Positions 8,849 to 16,634 of a stretch of 38,945 nt of DNA are shown one piece after another. The first letter of the stretch is position 1. Each line of letters opens with the position of its first letter. The notes under the pieces are model-generated. The model saw nothing but the letters and a program-made list of their open reading frames with translations. It ran no database searches and was not told the origin of the DNA. Origin of the DNA: Desulfobacterales bacterium (GTDB lineage Bacteria; Desulfobacterota; Desulfobacteria; Desulfobacterales; UBA11574); the NCBI GenBank assembly GCA_030601485.1, contig JAUVTO010000001.1, forward strand, positions 1-38,945, written 5' to 3'. Both the position numbers and the translations under genes were made by a program.

Positions 8849-9769
8849 ATGCATAAAAGATATTATGATTTTAATACGTATTTAAGAAGTATCTTCGGAT
8901 GCAGAGTTCAAAAAATAACTATTGATGCAGGGCTTTCCTGTCCAAACAGGGACGGTACGATTTCAACAGGGGGATGTATATACTGCAACGCCCGGGGATC
9001 CGGAACCGGCGCCCATGCAAAAGGGTTTTCTGTGACCGATCAAATCATTCAAGGTAAAAGAGTGCTTTCAAAGCGATACAAGGCAAAAAAATTCATTGCC
9101 TATTTTCAATCGTTTTCCAATACTTATGGTCCTTTTGACAGGCTTAAAATTCTTTATGAGCAGGCCCTTGCCATAGAAAATGTGGTCGGTCTATCCATCG
9201 GCACAAGGCCTGATTGTGTGAATGAACCGATTCTGAAGTTGTTACAAGGGTATGCGGACAATTACCTTGTCTGGATCGAATACGGCCTGCAATCCGCCAA
9301 TGATTCGACACTTGCCTTTATCAATCGCGGGCATGACGTTACGTGTTTTAAAAAAGCAGTTCTTGCTACGAAAAACAGGGGAATTAAAATATGTGCCCAT
9401 GTTATTATCGGTCTTCCCAACGAAAAAAAAGCCCACGTGCTTGAAACAGCCAGGGTTGTCTCAGACATGGGAATAGACGGCATAAAGATCCACCTCCTCT
9501 ATGTTGTCAGGGGCACAACGCTTGGAAAGCTTTATGCTGCGGGTGAATACAGATGCCTTGAACAGCAGGAATATGCAGACCTTGTCTGTGATTTTCTGGA
9601 ACATATTCCGAAAAATATGGTTATTCAGCGACTTACCGGGGATCCACACCCTGAAGAACTTGTCGCCCCCATGTGGGCCCTTAAAAAAACAGAGAATATG
9701 GCCCTGATAAAAGAAACTCTGGAAAAAAGGAATTCGTGGCAGGGAAAGCTATGGGTTGCAAAGAAATAA
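8849..9769 (+). CDS. radical SAM protein, TIGR01212 family
   Basis: 306 aa. The N-terminus YLRSIFGCRVQKITIDAGLSCPNRDGT...GGCIYCN has the atypical Cys cluster and layout characteristic of the TIGR01212 (YhcC-like) family. Confidence 0.8.
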   Translation: MHKRYYDFNTYLRSIFGCRVQKITIDAGLSCPNRDGTISTGGCIYCNARGSGTGAHAKGFSVTDQIIQGKRVLSKRYKAKKFIAYFQSFSNTYGPFDRLKILYEQALAIENVVGLSIGTRPDCVNEPILKLLQGYADNYLVWIEYGLQSANDSTLAFINRGHDVTCFKKAVLATKNRGIKICAHVIIGLPNEKKAHVLETARVVSDMGIDGIKIHLLYVVRGTTLGKLYAAGEYRCLEQQEYADLVCDFLEHIPKNMVIQRLTGDPHPEELVAPMWALKKTENMALIKETLEKRNSWQGKLWVAKK

Positions 9770-9864
9770 AATGGTTTCATAAAAATTACTTCTTATAAAT
9801 ATATCCAATTTTATTTCAATAAGTTAATTGGTTGTGAATGCTATGGCGTATGGCTCTTTTGTAT

Positions 9865-10014
9865 TTACAAAGTATACGATAAAATTTCCATTCCAAGGAT
9901 TAGCGTAATAATTCCAAGCAACCTTGTGGTTTTAGATTCATTCGAATAAAGACAAGTCCAAGCACCAATCCCGATCCAGACCAAACAGATTAGACAAACA
10001 ATCCAATTTCCCAT
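9865..10014 (-). CDS. small hydrophobic protein, 49 aa (two predicted TM segments)
   Basis: Below the track length cutoff. The minus strand reads AAAGGAGGATATTGATG, a strong SD with 6-nt spacing. Product: MGNWIVCLICLVWIGIGAWTCLYSNESKTTRLLGIILLILGMEILSYTL. It lies in an AT-rich, otherwise empty 570-nt gap. Confidence 0.5.
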   Translation of the reverse strand: MGNWIVCLICLVWIGIGAWTCLYSNESKTTRLLGIITLILGMEILSYTL

Positions 10015-10336
10015 CAATATCCTCCTTTATATGAATTGATGATTTATATCTGCAAAAATCATGCAAAATTAATATTATTTAAAATAATATTATAAATATT
10101 AAAGAGTTATATCTTTTATATGCTGAGGATGTCTGTAATAATTCATAGCGAAATATATAAAGTTGTGGGATAAAATACCTAAAGAAATGTGAAAAGTTTT
10201 ACATATTTTTCTATTAAGGTTTCGGAGAGGGAAGGGGGGATTTTTAGGACCGTTTAGAGGGTTTAGTGCTTATGTAAAAACCACAATATGTGATACCGGG
10301 TGTCTTCAGAGTCGCAAACACACCGGTTAAAACTTA

Positions 10337-11998
10337 TTATAACGATCCGGCTGTTTTTGTATATCCCTGTACAAGGGGGTAATTTCTGCCATAACCGAAA
10401 GCCTTTGACGTCACTTTAAGACCTGGCGGCGCCTGATGCCGCTTGTATTCACTTCTGTCAACCCTGAAAATAACCTCCTCTACAATATCTTTATCAAACC
10501 CCATTTGAACCAGCTCATCGATTCCTTTGAGGTCTTCAATATATGCTTTTAAAATAGAATCGAGGAGTTCATAAGGCGGCAGGTCGTCCTGATCGGTTTG
10601 ATCGGGCTTGAGTTCAGCGGAAGGTGCTTTGGTGATGATTCGTGGCGGAATATATTCTTTTTCTCGATTTATAAAGCGAGCCAGATCATAAACGGTGGTT
10701 TTTGGAACATCTGAAATTACTGCCAGTCCTCCTGTCATGTCACCGTAGAGCGTACAGTAGCCCACGGCCAGTTCAGACTTATTCCCCGTAGAAAGTACAA
10801 GGAAGCCATGTTTGTTGGACAGGCCCATGAGAATTGTACCTCTGATTCTGGCCTGGATATTCTGTTCCGTGATGCCGGGTTCGTTCTTTTTGAAAGACGG
10901 TGAAAGAAACCTTAAAAATTCATTAAAGATGCCGTCTATAGGGATCCGGGTAAGCCCTATGCCGAGGTTTTCGGCAAGTTTCTCAGTATCTTCGAAGTTT
11001 TCTTTTGAGGTATACTCAGACGGCATAAATACAACCGAAACATTTTCCCGTCCTAAAGCTTTAACCGCAATACATGCTGTCAGCGCTGAATCTATTCCGC
11101 CGCTTAACCCCATAACAACCTTTGAAAAACCACACTTTGTAACATAGTCACGGGTTCCCATGACAAGGGCTTTCAGGATAGATTCTGTATCCGAATTTGA
11201 AATCATATGGAGGTCGCCTATGGATGACTCAGGTGCTTTTGAATCGAAAACGATAAGATCTTCATCAAAATCACATGCTCTGGCCACAACATTTCCGTTT
11301 TTGTCAAAAACAGTGCTTATTCCATCAAAAATAATACTGTCATTTCCACCGACCTGGTTGGCAAATATGAAAGGAACGCCGTATTTTCGGGCCATGGAAC
11401 CAAACATATTCCATCTGAATTCTCTGGTTCCCACATAAAAAGGAGATGCAGATACGTTGATAACCAGATCAGCGCCGGCTTTTACAACCAGGGCCACAGG
11501 ATCTGTGTCGTATAGTCTTCTTTTGAAAATATCCTCGTCGTTCCAGGCATCTTCACAAATGGTAAGTCCTATCCTGTGCCCCTTGTAAGGGTATGATAAA
11601 CTTTCTCGTCCGGGTTCAACATACCGGCTTTCATCGAATATGTCGTATGTGGGCAGGAGCCTTTTATGGGCTTTGTGCAATATTTTGCCGTCTTCAAAAT
11701 GCACCGCAGAATTGAAAAGGGGTTTTCCTTTATCGGAAGAATTTTTATCCACAAATCCGCATATAACTCCGATACCTTGTATTGACGACAACAGTCTGTT
11801 TAAACAGGCAAGATTGGCATCGACAAAATCGTTCTTTTCAAGAAGATCGCGGGGTGGATATCCCGAAATTACGAGTTCTGAAAATACAACCATATCACAT
11901 TTAAGTTCAATGGCTTTATCGGCAAAACATTTAATTTTGCCAAAATTATAATTAAAGTCACCGATAATCGGATTGATTTGTGCAATCGCTATTTTCAT
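10337..11998 (-). CDS. nadE: glutamine-dependent NAD+ synthetase
   Basis: 553 aa. An N-terminal carbon-nitrogen hydrolase domain (FSELVISGYPP, LTICEDAW) is followed by a C-terminal NAD synthase PP-loop (GLSGGIDSALTA). Confidence 0.92.
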   Translation of the reverse strand: MKIAIAQINPIIGDFNYNFGKIKCFADKAIELKCDMVVFSELVISGYPPRDLLEKNDFVDANLACLNRLLSSIQGIGVICGFVDKNSSDKGKPLFNSAVHFEDGKILHKAHKRLLPTYDIFDESRYVEPGRESLSYPYKGHRIGLTICEDAWNDEDIFKRRLYDTDPVALVVKAGADLVINVSASPFYVGTREFRWNMFGSMARKYGVPFIFANQVGGNDSIIFDGISTVFDKNGNVVARACDFDEDLIVFDSKAPESSIGDLHMISNSDTESILKALVMGTRDYVTKCGFSKVVMGLSGGIDSALTACIAVKALGRENVSVVFMPSEYTSKENFEDTEKLAENLGIGLTRIPIDGIFNEFLRFLSPSFKKNEPGITEQNIQARIRGTILMGLSNKHGFLVLSTGNKSELAVGYCTLYGDMTGGLAVISDVPKTTVYDLARFINREKEYIPPRIITKAPSAELKPDQTDQDDLPPYELLDSILKAYIEDLKGIDELVQMGFDKDIVEEVIFRVDRSEYKRHQAPPGLKVTSKAFGYGRNYPLVQGYTKTAGSL

Positions 11999-12054
11999 GG
12001 CAAAGGTCTCGACATCTCAGCAATTCTACAACCTGTTGAAATTATAGATATTTA

Positions 12055-12274
12055 CTAAGGCCTCGCAGTCTTGCCTCACACATGGAATAATGGAATGGTG
12101 GAATAATGGAATGATGTAAATTCGTCTTCTACCGAATGGATTAGACTCGAATTGCTCATTTCTCTCATGCTTTGTCAACTTGATTTTCCCAATAAACCAT
12201 TCCGTCAATCTCCCAAAACCCATTATTCCAGTGTTCCATCATTCCATCATTCCAATTGGGGCGAAGCCCTTAAG
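12055..12274. repeat. inverted-repeat element built on GGAATGATGGAA-type motifs
   Basis: The left arm ...GGAATAATGGAATGGTGGAATAATGGAATGATG (to 12116) is inverted relative to the right arm CATTATTCCAGTGTTCCATCATTCCATCATTCCAATTGGGGCGAAGCCCTTAAG (12221..12274). The arms flank about 100 nt. The two track ORFs here look spurious. Confidence 0.7.
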
Positions 12275-13227
12275 TTCTTATTGTTACATCTACACTCGGC
12301 TTGCAAGAATTTTTTTATAAGCTGTCGGATTTCTTTTAGCTGTCCGGGTTCTCTCCATACAATTTCTGGGTCCGCTTTGAACCACGTGAGTTGACGTTTT
12401 GCATATCTTCTTGTATCCCGTTTCAATGTTCGCATGGTCTCATCCCATGAACATCGTCCTTGAATAAAATCGACCAGGTGACGATATCCGATTGACCGCA
12501 TCGATTTCAGGTGGTCCGGGTACCCCATGTCCAGAAGTTCCTGAACCTCGTCAAGAAACCCGGAGTCGATCATTACATCTACCCTGTGATTAATACGATC
12601 ATAAAGTACCTCCCGGTTTATATGAAGGCCTATTTTTAATACCCTGAACCGATTATCTTTAAACCCGTGCTCCTGTTGAAATGCAGTAATGGTCTTTCCT
12701 GTCAACTCATGTACTTCAAGGGCCCTTATAATCCTGTAAGTATCATTGGGGTGTATTCTTTCTGCCGTATCGGGATCATGCCGGCTTAACCTTTTGTGAA
12801 GAAAATCGGAGCCGTAAATTCGGGCTTGTTCTTTCAATCGGTTACGAATATGGGTATCTGACTGACCGGCCTTAAACAGACCGTTCACAAGTGCTTTTAT
12901 GTAAAGTCCCGTACCGCCGACGACAAATGGGGTAACGCCACGGGCATAGAGTTTCATGATCTTTTCACGGGCCATTTCCGCGAATTGTCTGGCATCGAAA
13001 TGCTCGTCCGGATCGACCAAATCGATCATATGATGAGCAACGCACGACTGCTCCTCCGTGGTCGGCTTGGCGGTGCCGATATCCATGTATCTGTATAGTT
13101 GCATTGAGTCGGCACCGATAATCTCGCCGTTAAAAGTGCTGGCAAGATTAATTGCCGTAGAGGTTTTGCCCAAAGCCGTTGGTCCGCAGATTATTATGAT
13201 TTTCGGCTTCACAATGTTAGAACACAT
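12247..13227 (-). CDS. miaA: tRNA dimethylallyltransferase
   Basis: 326 aa. P-loop IIICGPTALGKTS, plus DSMQLYRYMDIGTAKP and VVGGTGLYIKAL. The last 8 codons and the stop lie inside the 12055..12274 repeat. Confidence 0.9.
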   Translation of the reverse strand: MCSNIVKPKIIIICGPTALGKTSTAINLASTFNGEIIGADSMQLYRYMDIGTAKPTTEEQSCVAHHMIDLVDPDEHFDARQFAEMAREKIMKLYARGVTPFVVGGTGLYIKALVNGLFKAGQSDTHIRNRLKEQARIYGSDFLHKRLSRHDPDTAERIHPNDTYRIIRALEVHELTGKTITAFQQEHGFKDNRFRVLKIGLHINREVLYDRINHRVDVMIDSGFLDEVQELLDMGYPDHLKSMRSIGYRHLVDFIQGRCSWDETMRTLKRDTRRYAKRQLTWFKADPEIVWREPGQLKEIRQLIKKFLQAECRCNNKNLRASPQLE

Positions 13228-13480
13228 GATTCAATTTACTTTTGCTTCCGGGTCCTTACTTCCGCCCGACGATTATTTAAGGACCTTTACGGTATTACAA
13301 ATTTCGTATTAATAAAATTTAGGATACATTACAGTAGATTTGAGATCAAATTATTTTCAAAAAATATTTATATTTTTCATATTGACATTAACAAATTAAT
13401 CATATAGAGATTTTTAAATTATAATGAAAAGAAGACGGTAGGTAAGTAAGAACAATTAAAATATAAAGGAGGTTTGTTAA

Positions 13481-13798
13481 ATGGCAACAGTTGAGTTTAT
13501 GGGAAAGGATTTTACCGTAGATGAAGATGGCTTTATCGATGCCTATGAAAATTTTTGCCCAGAGTGGGTTCAATGGGTAAAAACTCAAGAAGGAATTGAA
13601 GAATTGACGGATGAGCACCATAAAGTTGTAACAGTGCTTCAGGAATACTATGAGAAGAACGGAATTGCCCCCATGGTCCGTATCCTGTCAAAAGTTACCG
13701 GTTTCAAACTGAAACATATTTATGAGCTGTTTCCGTCAGGACCCGGCAAAGGAGCCTGTAAGATGGCTGGTCTTCCGAAACCGACCGGATGTGTCTAA
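13481..13798 (+). CDS. dsrC: dissimilatory sulfite reductase-associated sulfur carrier DsrC
   Basis: 105 aa. The C-terminal arm GACKMAGLPKPTGCV places Cys at positions 93 and 104, the two-Cys signature that separates DsrC from TusE. Strong SD AAAGGAGG. Confidence 0.9.
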   Translation: MATVEFMGKDFTVDEDGFIDAYENFCPEWVQWVKTQEGIEELTDEHHKVVTVLQEYYEKNGIAPMVRILSKVTGFKLKHIYELFPSGPGKGACKMAGLPKPTGCV

Positions 13799-13834
13799 TC
13801 AAAAATACTATAATTAACTTTATCAGTTTTTAAC

Positions 13835-13870
13835 AAAAAAGTCCTGCAATTAAAGCAGGACTTTTTTGTT
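13835..13870 (+). terminator. intrinsic terminator after dsrC (symmetric A-tract/T-tract)
   Basis: AAAAAAGTCCTGC-AATTAAA-GCAGGACTTTTTTGTTTT. Confidence 0.8.
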
Positions 13871-13885
13871 TTGTGGAGGGGATGT

Positions 13886-14290
13886 ATGATCTGTACAGTT
13901 AAATCAAGAACCCGTACAGAATTGATAGATATTACTTCAAAGATTCAGGATATGGTCATGTCCGCAGGTATCGGCCAGGGACTTTGCATGCTTTATGTGC
14001 CCCATACAACCGCAGCCATAACCATTAATGAAAGTGCTGATCCGAGCGTTAAAGATGATATTCTGATGATCCTAAACAAAATAATACCATGGGAGGCCGG
14101 ATATCGCCATCTTGAAGGGAATTCACCGGCCCATATAAAATCGACAATTGTCGGACCTTCAGAGTTTATTGCCATAGATAATAACCGACTTGTACTCGGC
14201 ACGTGGCAGGGGATATTTTTCTGTGAATTTGACGGCCCCCGAACCAGAAAGGTACAGGTTCGTATTATTAAGGAAAAGTTTCAGGAGTAG
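13886..14290 (+). CDS. YjbQ/UPF0047 family protein (secondary thiamine-phosphate synthase-like)
   Basis: ORF 13871..14290. ATG at 13886 follows GGAGG. Motifs LYVPHTTAAITINE.ADP.V..D and GNSPAHIKSTIVG.S are typical of UPF0047. Confidence 0.8.
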   Translation: MICTVKSRTRTELIDITSKIQDMVMSAGIGQGLCMLYVPHTTAAITINESADPSVKDDILMILNKIIPWEAGYRHLEGNSPAHIKSTIVGPSEFIAIDNNRLVLGTWQGIFFCEFDGPRTRKVQVRIIKEKFQE

Positions 14291-14293
14291 CCC

Positions 14294-14749
14294 ATGCCGC
14301 CAATAGATGATATGGACAGGGCAATCCTTAACCTGATTCAATCCGACTTTCCCATAACCCCCCGACCTTATCTTGCAATTGCCGAACGTCTCGGTTTTTC
14401 AGAAAATGATGTTATAAAACGACTGGGACGGTTAAAAAAGAAGGGGATTATACGCCGGATAGGCGGGAATTTTGTTCCTGAAAAGCTAGGATTTGTCAGT
14501 ACATTATGCGCGGCAAAGGTTCCGGAGGACAAAATCAAAAGCTTTGCCGTGGTAGGAAACCTCTATCCGGGAGTCACGCATAATTATCAGCGGGATAATA
14601 AATATAACGTCTGGTTTACCTTTATTGCACCCTCAATGAAGGAGATAGAGGAAAACCTTAAAAATATCTCCAAACAGACGGGAATTAAGGAAATTATCAA
14701 CTTGCCGGCCACAAAGGTATTTAAGATAAAGGCGCATTTCGACCTTTAG
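14294..14749 (+). CDS. AsnC/Lrp-like siroheme decarboxylase subunit (AhbA/AhbB, NirD/G/H/L family)
   Basis: 151 aa. DRAILNLIQSDFPITPRPYLAIAERLGFSENDVIKRLGRLKKKGIIRRIG and TLCAAKVPEDKI match the pattern of alternative-haem-pathway AhbA/B proteins. Starts 3 nt after yjbQ. Confidence 0.7.
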   Translation: MPPIDDMDRAILNLIQSDFPITPRPYLAIAERLGFSENDVIKRLGRLKKKGIIRRIGGNFVPEKLGFVSTLCAAKVPEDKIKSFAVVGNLYPGVTHNYQRDNKYNVWFTFIAPSMKEIEENLKNISKQTGIKEIINLPATKVFKIKAHFDL

Positions 14750-14769
14750 ATTTTCAGAATAATGACTTT

Positions 14770-14942
14770 GATGCCCATGTAAAAAGTCCTTTTTACATGG
14801 ATTTAGGCCCCGGTTAAATAGATGCAAAAACGGATTTAACGGGGTAAAAATTTAGGGATTCAGGCATTGCGAATTATTTAAGCTTGTTGTCAGAATACTG
14901 AATTGGAGAATCCTGTAAATTTTGACTTTTTACGAATTCATC
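14770..14942. repeat. MITE-like palindromic element, copy 2 (same termini as 8696..8821)
   Basis: Left GATGCCCATGTAAAAAGTCC, right TTGACTTTTTACGAATTCATC. Internal hairpin CCCCGGTTAAAT...ATTTAACGGGG. Confidence 0.7.
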
Positions 14943-15023
14943 AACTTTAAAGACAAAAGAAAAACACACACATCTACAAAGGGAAATGAACATATTAACA
15001 ACTTAATATGAAAATCTAAAGAA

Positions 15024-15836
15024 ATGAAAGATGTCCGTATTGCAGTTATTGTCTCTAATTCACCGGTAAACAAGATCAGCAACAATCTCAACGGCATGGT
15101 CAAGTGGATCAAGTCGTCAAAAAATCAAGGTGCCGATATCATCTGTTTTCCTGAAATGAATATTTCCGGATACAGTAATCACCGGGATATTAATTTGGCT
15201 GCAGAACCGGTTCCCGGACCGGCAACTCGGAATCTTTTAAATTTGGCTAAAGGTGAGAAGATTGTCATCCTGGCAGGCATGATTGAAAGGGATGAAAAAG
15301 ACCGGTTATTTGCGAGCCATCTGGTGGTAAAACCTGACGGGTTTGTAGGCGTCTACCGAAAGTTACATATCTCTCCGCCGGAACGCACCGTTTTAACACC
15401 CGGGGACAAAATCCCTCTGTTCAATGCAGAGGGTGTGAATTTTGGCATCCAGCTTTGTTACGATGCCCACTTCCCCGAGCTTTCCACCCGGATGGCCCTA
15501 AAAGGGGCTGATCTTATCTTCATCCCTCATGCGTCTCCGAGAGGAACTCCTGAAGAAAAATACCGATCATGGATGCGACATCTGCCTGCAAGGGCCTTTG
15601 ATAACAGCCTGTTTATTATCGCATGTAACCAGACCGGTGAAAATGAAAAAGGACTCAGCTTTCCGGGTATTGCCGTAATCATCGGGCCATCCGGCGAAGT
15701 TATTCACAAGGATTTAAGCGGCAAAGAAGGTATGTTATTAGCAAACCTGAAGGCCGAAGACCTGAACCGGGTTCGAAGTCACAGGATGCGATACTTTATC
15801 CCAAACAGACGACCTGAGCTTTATAACATCCCATAG
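15024..15836 (+). CDS. carbon-nitrogen hydrolase (nitrilase superfamily)
   Basis: 270 aa. The Glu-Lys-Cys triad context is present: ICFPEMNISGY, VYRKLHI, GIQLCYDAHFPE. Confidence 0.8.
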   Translation: MKDVRIAVIVSNSPVNKISNNLNGMVKWIKSSKNQGADIICFPEMNISGYSNHRDINLAAEPVPGPATRNLLNLAKGEKIVILAGMIERDEKDRLFASHLVVKPDGFVGVYRKLHISPPERTVLTPGDKIPLFNAEGVNFGIQLCYDAHFPELSTRMALKGADLIFIPHASPRGTPEEKYRSWMRHLPARAFDNSLFIIACNQTGENEKGLSFPGIAVIIGPSGEVIHKDLSGKEGMLLANLKAEDLNRVRSHRMRYFIPNRRPELYNIP

Positions 15837-15917
15837 GGTCTAAATCATTACTCCGGGTTAGATGCGGGACGCTGGAGGAAAGTACAAACATCATGGATCC
15901 CCGAGCGTCCCGTAACG

Positions 15918-16178
15918 CTATCCGCACAGGCGGAGCTCTCGACCGGTAAGAGCCAAATTGCCGTCTGGTGTAAACTCTCCGATCATGCAGGTAATTCTTT
16001 TCATACCCCTGATCATTAGCGAACACCAGGCATCGAGTACGTCAAAATGACCGGTTTTACTTGTAATTATCTCAACAAGATCTGCCGGAATGTTTTGTTT
16101 TATTGCTTTTTTTCCTGAATCTGCATCCCAATTCGCCGGTTCTTTGCCAACAACATAAATAATTAGTCCTGATTTCAT
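15918..16178 (-). CDS. hypothetical soluble protein, 86 aa, downstream of the cobalamin riboswitch
   Basis: ORF 15918..16187. The ATG at 16178 lies 8 nt after AGGAGG. Product: MKSGLIIYVVGKEPANWDADSGKKAIKQNIPADLVEIITSKTGHFDVLDAWCSLMIRGMKRITCMIGEFTPDGNLALTGRELRLCG. I recognise no family. Confidence 0.55.
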   Translation of the reverse strand: MKSGLIIYVVGKEPANWDADSGKKAIKQNIPADLVEIITSKTGHFDVLDAWCSLMIRGMKRITCMIGEFTPDGNLALTGRELRLCG

Positions 16179-16235
16179 TTTTTTCACCTCCTTTCATAAC
16201 GTTTTAAGCCCCGCCGAGGATGCGTAAACACGCCC

Positions 16236-16283
16236 AAATAAAAAAAGCCCTTCAATCCTTTTTAAAAGATTGAAGGGCTGCAC
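16236..16283 (-). terminator. intrinsic terminator forming the riboswitch expression platform
   Basis: Minus strand: AGCCCTTCAATC-TTTTAAAAAG-GATTGAAGGGCT followed by TTTTTTTATTT. It lies about 60 nt upstream of the ORF start. Confidence 0.8.
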
Positions 16284-16353
16284 CCAGCTTACTTGACCCT
16301 TTTTTATGTAACCATAACGCTCTGTAACACCGCAGAGATATGGTTATTACTAA

Positions 16354-16506
16354 GGCAGGTCTTCTGACTCCCGGTTCATCCTAATCTCTGCACCTTCCCA
16401 TACGGTTAAAACCAAACAGTGGCATATCGCAGATTTCGTCGCCGGTCACAGCGGCGGGACCGCTCCCGATTTTCACGGAATTCCCTATTAAGCCGTTAAA
16501 GGCACC
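16354..16506 (-). promoter_or_regulatory. cobalamin (B12) riboswitch aptamer
   Basis: Minus strand: GGTGCC..AATAGGGAATTCCGTGAAAATCGGGAGCGGTCCCGCCGCTGTGACCGG...GCCACTG...GGGAAGGTGCAGAG...GAGTCAGAAGACCTGCC. All conserved blocks, including the B12 box, appear in the expected order. Confidence 0.85.
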
Positions 16507-16574
16507 TTTTTTATTTTTAAAATATGTCAAAAGGTCTGTCAAGAGAAATAAAACTTATGTAAATTTTTACATAA

Positions 16575-16610
16575 TAAAAAATCCCGCGGCACAAAAGTGC
16601 ACACGGGATT
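16575..16610 (-). terminator. intrinsic terminator after dnaK
   Basis: Minus strand: AAATCCCGTGTGCAC-TTTT-GTGCCGCGGGATTTTTTATTAT. Confidence 0.75.
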
Positions 16611-16634
16611 TTTACTGCAAAATGCCAGTTGCGG

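Noticed and set aside
12026-12394. 65-aa (-) and 80-aa (+) ORFs with HHSIIP/FHHS strings
   Set aside because: Both are translations of the GGAATGATGGAA inverted-repeat arms. One overlaps the miaA 3' end on the opposite strand.
13382-13425. Perfect TTGACA (13382-13387) and perfect TATAAT (13420-13425) upstream of dsrC
   Set aside because: They are 32 nt apart, so they cannot form one canonical sigma-70 promoter. Each lacks a good partner hexamer at 16-18 nt, so I did not call a promoter without TSS data.
15865-15912. 9-bp inverted repeat CGGGACGCT...AGCGTCCCG between the convergent nitrilase and 86-aa ORF
   Set aside because: The loop is 30 nt and there is no T-tract on either side, so this is not a convincing intrinsic terminator.
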